From: Candidatus Multivoradales bacterium | GTDB lineage: Bacteria; Acidobacteriota; Thermoanaerobaculia; Multivoradales; J023 | Assembly: GCA_965248925.1 (NCBI GenBank) | Contig: CBDFLE010000005.1 | Location: 1,856,001 to 1,920,000 of the forward strand | Reading direction: 5' to 3' | DNA: 64,000 nt | Shown here: in pieces, positions 60,467 to 64,000 of the stretch | How positions within the stretch are numbered: the stretch's first letter is position 1 | Layout: each line of letters starts with the position of its first letter | Position numbers and translations under genes: made by a program | The notes under the pieces: model-generated | What the model was told of the DNA's origin: nothing | Seen by the model: the letters and a program-made list of their open reading frames with translations, nothing else | The model's database searches: none

Positions 60467-61849
60467 ATGAACCGCCGGCTGCATTTTCTCGGCCTGGACG
60501 TCGACACCGGCCAGCCTTTCTTTACCGGACTCAACAGCCACGGACTGCCCAATTCCCGGCTTTCTCTAGCGGCCCAACCAAGACCTCTGCGCTACGGTGT
60601 AGACAGTCGATTCCTTGCCACTGCGGGCTGGGGAATCGTCTTTTGCCCAGGTGTGGATCCAGCGATCAAGCGGGCACTCCGGCCGCTGATCGAACGTCGG
60701 CGGCAGCAGGCTGGCAAGCTGTTCAAAGAACTCACCTACAAGGTCCGCAGAAGCGCGGGCAGCTTTCTCTCATCCTTGCGTGCCGGCCCCGGGCCGGTCG
60801 ACCCTAACCGGGTTCCCTACTACTTGTTGCTGATCGGCCACCCGCGCGAGTTACCGTACGGTTTCGAAATCGAACTCGGCTGCCAGCATGCCGTCGGCCG
60901 CCTTGCCTTTCACCAACCAGCGGCTTACGAGAGCTACGTTCGAGCCCTATTGAGCGCCGAAAGCGAGCAGCTCCATCGCGGCGCGGCGATCAAACTTTTC
61001 GCACCGAGCCATCCCCATGACGAGGCGACCCGAGCCTGCCGTCGCCAGCTGATCGATCCCCTACGGCAAGCTCTGCGACAACGTCGACCGAACCTACTCA
61101 GGCGGAGCTTTCTTGGCCGGCACGCGAGCCGTGGACAGCTAGTCAAGGTGCTGGCCGACCGCGCCACCAACCTGGTGCTGGTCGCCGGCCATGCCTCGAT
61201 GATTCGCACCGATGCTGACCGCCAGCGAGCACGCCAGGGCTCTCTGGTGTGCTCCGATTGGCCGGGCCATGGCACCAGAGTCCTGCCCGAGCACACCGTA
61301 GGTGCAGACGCTCTGTCAGCGGCCGCCGACCTCAGCGGCACCGTTTTCGTGTTGTTCGGCTGCTTCACCGCTGGCACGCCCAGTCACGACAGTTTCTCCC
61401 ATCTCGACCGCGACCCCGGCAGGCGGCGGCGCCTCACCGAGCATCCCTTCGTTGCCCGGTTGCCACAGGCCTTGCTCAGCCATCGGCCGGGTGCCGCCCT
61501 GGCGGTGATCGGTCACGTCGATCGCGCCTGGCCGAGCTCTTTCGAGTGGCAGGGGATCGCTCAGGCAAATGCTTTCGAAGACTTCCTGCTGGCAGCCGCC
61601 GATGGTCGCCGCATCGGCTTCGCGATGCAGGGGTTCAAGCAGCGTTATGTCGATCTGGCGCGGCGGCTGGCGACCGCGACCCACCGCCCCGGCGACAGTA
61701 CCGAACTCGATCTACCCGCTCCGCGGGAACTCTGGCTAGCCTACAATGACGCTCGCTCCTTTGTCTTGCTCGGCGATCCAGCAGCACGATTGTCGATCTC
61801 TGCTGCCACAGCCGGCGAGCGGGCAATGCGCAACCCGACGTCGGAGTAG
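60467..61849 (+). CDS. C25 (gingipain)-like cysteine peptidase, caspase-hemoglobinase fold
   Basis: VPYYLLLIG, VGRL, VAGHA (His), FGCFTAG (Cys), VIGHVDRAW, VLLGDPA. Confidence 0.75.
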   Translation: MNRRLHFLGLDVDTGQPFFTGLNSHGLPNSRLSLAAQPRPLRYGVDSRFLATAGWGIVFCPGVDPAIKRALRPLIERRRQQAGKLFKELTYKVRRSAGSFLSSLRAGPGPVDPNRVPYYLLLIGHPRELPYGFEIELGCQHAVGRLAFHQPAAYESYVRALLSAESEQLHRGAAIKLFAPSHPHDEATRACRRQLIDPLRQALRQRRPNLLRRSFLGRHASRGQLVKVLADRATNLVLVAGHASMIRTDADRQRARQGSLVCSDWPGHGTRVLPEHTVGADALSAAADLSGTVFVLFGCFTAGTPSHDSFSHLDRDPGRRRRLTEHPFVARLPQALLSHRPGAALAVIGHVDRAWPSSFEWQGIAQANAFEDFLLAAADGRRIGFAMQGFKQRYVDLARRLATATHRPGDSTELDLPAPRELWLAYNDARSFVLLGDPAARLSISAATAGERAMRNPTSE

Positions 61850-63777
61850 TGGGTCGTCAGAGATCGCCGAGATCGGCTCGCAGCGCGGCAGTTCCGCTGG
61901 CTGGACCTAAAGCCACCACCGCGCAACATCGGCCTCGACGGGCCCTCGTCGCCTCGCTCCAATGCCCACTCCCAAAGGTTACCGCGCAAGTCGAAAAAGC
62001 CCAGCGGCCCAGGCTTGAAGCTGGCCACCGGCGCCACACGCTCGAAGCCATCCTCGCCACTGAGGGAGCGGCAGTTGGCATGCTTCTCAAGCCACTCGGG
62101 CTCTTTCTCGAGGACCACGTCGAGACCACCAGCGGCCCCGGCGGCCCATTCCAGCTCGGCCTCGCTGGGGATCCGAAATGGCTCCCCGTCGACCCTTTCG
62201 TTCAACCGTTTGACGAAGGCCAGAACCTCGGCCCAGTTGACGCTGCTAACGGGTCGCTCGCCGGGCGCAGTGACCGGATCACCGGGCTCGCCGCTCATGA
62301 CTACCTTCCATTGGCGCTCCAGGAGCTCGGTGCGTGCCAAGCAAAAGCCCTCCAACACCTTCCCCTGTGCCGGATCAGCGGGGACAAAGATGAATTCGAG
62401 CCCGATCTCCAGCATCGTAGGGCAACGAGGGTCCTCCGCAGCTGCGCTAGGCGGCGGTTGCCCGGCGTTGGCTATCAAGCCCAGTTGCACAGTGTCAGAT
62501 CCAACTTCGAAGACTGTCAGATAGGACCACAGCAGAAGCCCAACCGCGGTCAAGACAGCCGCTGACCAGCGCGTCGGCGAGGCATGCAAGAAGCGGCCGA
62601 GAACAGAGAATCTGCGCCCATTGGAGGCGATACTCCGAGGTCGTCCGAGAGCCGTCTCGAAGTCCAATGCAACCGCACCCTGGTAGAGAATCGGCAACGC
62701 CCAGGCCCGGTCGGCGACCCTTGAGAAATAACGCCCTCGAGCCTCCGCTACCGCAGCTTCGATCGACCGAGTCGATGCCAGAGACTGATAGAACTGCGAC
62801 GAGAACTCCAGCGCCGCCCGGTCCTGGATCACCGAACGAATTGCCAGCACCGCGGGAACGCCCTGTCGTAGAAGACTCTGTGCCAGGCCGGAGAAAGTAT
62901 CCGAGTCCGATTGCCTACCTGCTTCGCAAGCATTGAGATAGAGCAGCCGGATGGAAGGATGGCGGTCCAACACGGCACCGAGACGCTCCGCACCGACCGC
63001 GTCTCTCTTTCCCGAGCGGGATTCGAACAGCAGACAACCACTGCGGTCGGTGATCGAGAACGAGCCATGACCTATGAAGTGCAAGAGGTAGTAACTCTTG
63101 CTCGTCAGACGCTCGGCCAAGTTGTCGATCGACGCATGGTTGAGCAGATCTAGCTCAACCTGCCCGGTCTCGCACAAAGGCGCCAAGGCCTCCTCGATTC
63201 GCCGCGTCTCACATTCCACGTTGAGCTCCGGCACCCCTTCTGGGCTGGCGCTGATCACCAAGATTCGCAAGGGGGGCTCGGACTGCAGCCGCGGCCGTCG
63301 CTTCGACACCTCCAGGTGGCGGACGATCGAGATCCCGTCTTGAACTGCCAAGAACTGTCCATGGTCCGAGTCGAAAAGCGCTTCCCAGGGCCAATCCCCC
63401 ATCTGCGGAACGTCGGTCATCCGCAGCCGTAGGCGGATACCAATCTTCATCCGCCGCTCCGCGGAGCGCTCGGCGGCAATCCGCCGGCTGATCTCGAAAT
63501 GGACCCGAACCTTGCCGCGCAGAACCCGCTCGTACAATCTCTCGCCCGCTTGGCGAAAAGGCAGTCGACGATGTCGACTCGGCCGTAGTACGTCTCTTGA
63601 TGTTGCTTCGACAATTGGTGGCGAACGGTCATGCTCCCCCGGCTCATTGGCAAGCAAAACGAGTTCAGGAGCATCGAACTAGACCATCGCCCCCTGGCCA
63701 GCCGGCGAGTCGAGTACGCGCGCCCGGTAACGATCTTGATGCCGATCGATCAGCAGGTCGAAGTCTAAATAGCGCAT
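61741..63777 (-). pseudogene. CHAT protease + TM + FGE-sulfatase (SUMF1) domain protein with in-frame TAG at 63679-63681
   Basis: MRYLDFDLLI...RVLDSPAG is a typical CHAT N-terminus and is in frame with ORF 61741..63657. Motifs WPWEAL, LHFIGHG, LNACE, RIPSEAELEWA, DLRGNLWEW, RGGGF, VGLRIAR. Confidence 0.82.
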
Positions 63778-63779
63778 GA

Positions 63780-63884
63780 TTAGGGCGGGTCCTGAACTGC
63801 ACCAGCCAGCGGCCGCCACTCCCACGGCGGAACCGGCTTCGCTCGGCGCCGCAGGCGGAGCAGCTTCCTCGCAGCAATTCTCAT
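63780..63884 (-). CDS. 34-aa Arg-rich small ORF
   Basis: GGAGG RBS 5 nt before the ATG, MRIAARKLLRLRRRAKPVPPWEWRPLAGAVQDPP*. The stop lies 2 nt before the CHAT gene start. Confidence 0.35.
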   Translation of the reverse strand: MRIAARKLLRLRRRAKPVPPWEWRPLAGAVQDPP

Positions 63885-64000
63885 CCAAACCTCCATCGAC
63901 GTTGTGGTTGACCGGGGGAAGACCCGAGCCCAGGCAAATTGTTGAGCGTTGGACAACCTTTTCTCACTAGCCGAGTCTCTAGAAGTGATTGCCCAGGACT

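Noticed and set aside
60229-60552. Minus-strand ORFs 60229..60552 and 60269..60541
   Set aside because: They oppose the local operon direction and overlap the C25 start. The plus-strand 48-aa ORF has the RBS.
63679-63681. Pyrrolysine codon
   Set aside because: Not a methyltransferase context and no pyl genes are visible. A point mutation or error is the simpler explanation.

Overview
GC-rich bacterial window. The CHAT/TPR proteases, ECF-kinase pairs and C-terminal 'DGFExGD' tails suggest Acidobacteriota (Thermoanaerobaculia-like), which is an inference. From left to right it contains: (1) a frameshifted TPR-CHAT gene and a family of secreted repeat/propeller proteins, some broken or mosaic; (2) a pectate-lyase-like gene, an ECF sigma/Ser-Thr kinase pair, a conditioned-medium-factor-like hydrolase, DUF1697, an Asp-box fragment and a second kinase; (3) a ~26 kb minus-strand operon (19214-45200) for a head-less contractile injection system (CIS). 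It has sheath, tube, chaperone, tube initiator, hub, spike, PAAR, gp25, baseplate J, wedge and fibre genes, no recognisable AAA+ ATPase, capsid, lysis or T6SS membrane genes, and a block of candidate cargo (NHL-propeller/HExxH metalloprotease, M14 carboxypeptidase); (4) an IS3 element inserted in a PEGA-like membrane protein gene; (5) a redox island with a gene the ORF track splits, which reads signal peptide - U-S-G-U (two in-frame TGA followed by a SECIS-like hairpin) - outer-membrane beta-barrel, followed by a YHS-TlpA gene and furA-katG; (6) a cluster of ECF sigma, anti-sigma and three caspase-fold proteases with tiny peptide ORFs. The strongest novelty candidates are the putative UxxU outer-membrane selenoprotein with its TlpA partner and the ATPase-less CIS with protease cargo. 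All family calls come from motif recognition by eye, not database searches.
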